Shown: positions 63,971 through 64,000 of the stretch, piece after piece
How the letters are laid out: the number at the start of each line of letters is the position of its first letter
How positions within the stretch are numbered: the first letter of the stretch is position 1
Assembly (NCBI GenBank): GCA_024137785.1
Contig: JAHRHZ010000016.1
Coordinates: forward strand, 24,703,926-24,767,925
Direction: 5' to 3'
DNA length: 64,000 nucleotides
From: Ginglymostoma cirratum
Lineage: Eukaryota
The notes under the pieces: generated by a model
Database searches by the model: none
Seen by the model: only the letters and a program-made list of their open reading frames with translations
What the model was told of the DNA's origin: nothing
Position numbers and translations under genes: made by a program

Positions 63971-64000
63971 CTTGGTAGAACTGCCAAGACAGATAGTTGG
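63971..64000 (-). CDS. BCORL1: Probable 3' end of an upstream BCORL1 coding exon (equivalent to human exon 3), truncated by the window edge
   Basis: Minus strand reads CCAACTATCTGTCTTGGCAGTTCTACCAAG|gtatat = PTICLGSSTK, then a GT donor in phase 0, which fits the phase-0 acceptor at 42481. It resembles the remembered human exon end FCVSSSFSK. Only 10 codons are visible. Confidence 0.5.

Noticed and set aside
1-64000. CRISPR arrays, operons or other prokaryotic systems; remaining short ORFs in the track
   Set aside because: The DNA is eukaryotic and intronic, with no regularly spaced direct repeats. The short ORFs are antisense shadows of exons, transposon fragments or chance.

Overview
This is AT-rich vertebrate genomic DNA, almost certainly from a cartilaginous fish (HE1/V-SINE, Deu-type SINEs, shark-type CR1 LINEs). 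The window lies inside one large minus-strand gene, BCORL1 (BCL6 corepressor-like 1). I traced eight complete coding exons by hand: 42481-39830, 33798-33645, 26764-26684, 22572-22153, 18687-18404, 16871-16596, 9697-9531 and 8046-7901. All have AG/GT borders and compatible phases (0-0-1-1-1-0-0-2-1). A probable upstream exon is cut by the window edge at 63971-64000. Two of the complete exons (81 and 167 nt) are missing from the ORF track. The start codon and the C-terminal PUFD exons appear to lie outside the window. The introns are filled with decayed transposons: two Gmr1-like (SCAN-gag, integrase-before-RT) Gypsy elements, CR1 and RTE LINEs, SINEs, Harbinger fossils, solo LTRs and palindromic Penelope-type elements with hammerhead-ribozyme cores. 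I found no convincing wholly new biological system. The best leads are the hammerhead palindromes, a BCOR-like block retained in this BCORL1, and an intronic cluster of T-box-like sites. All family and ortholog comparisons come from remembered sequences, not from searches.
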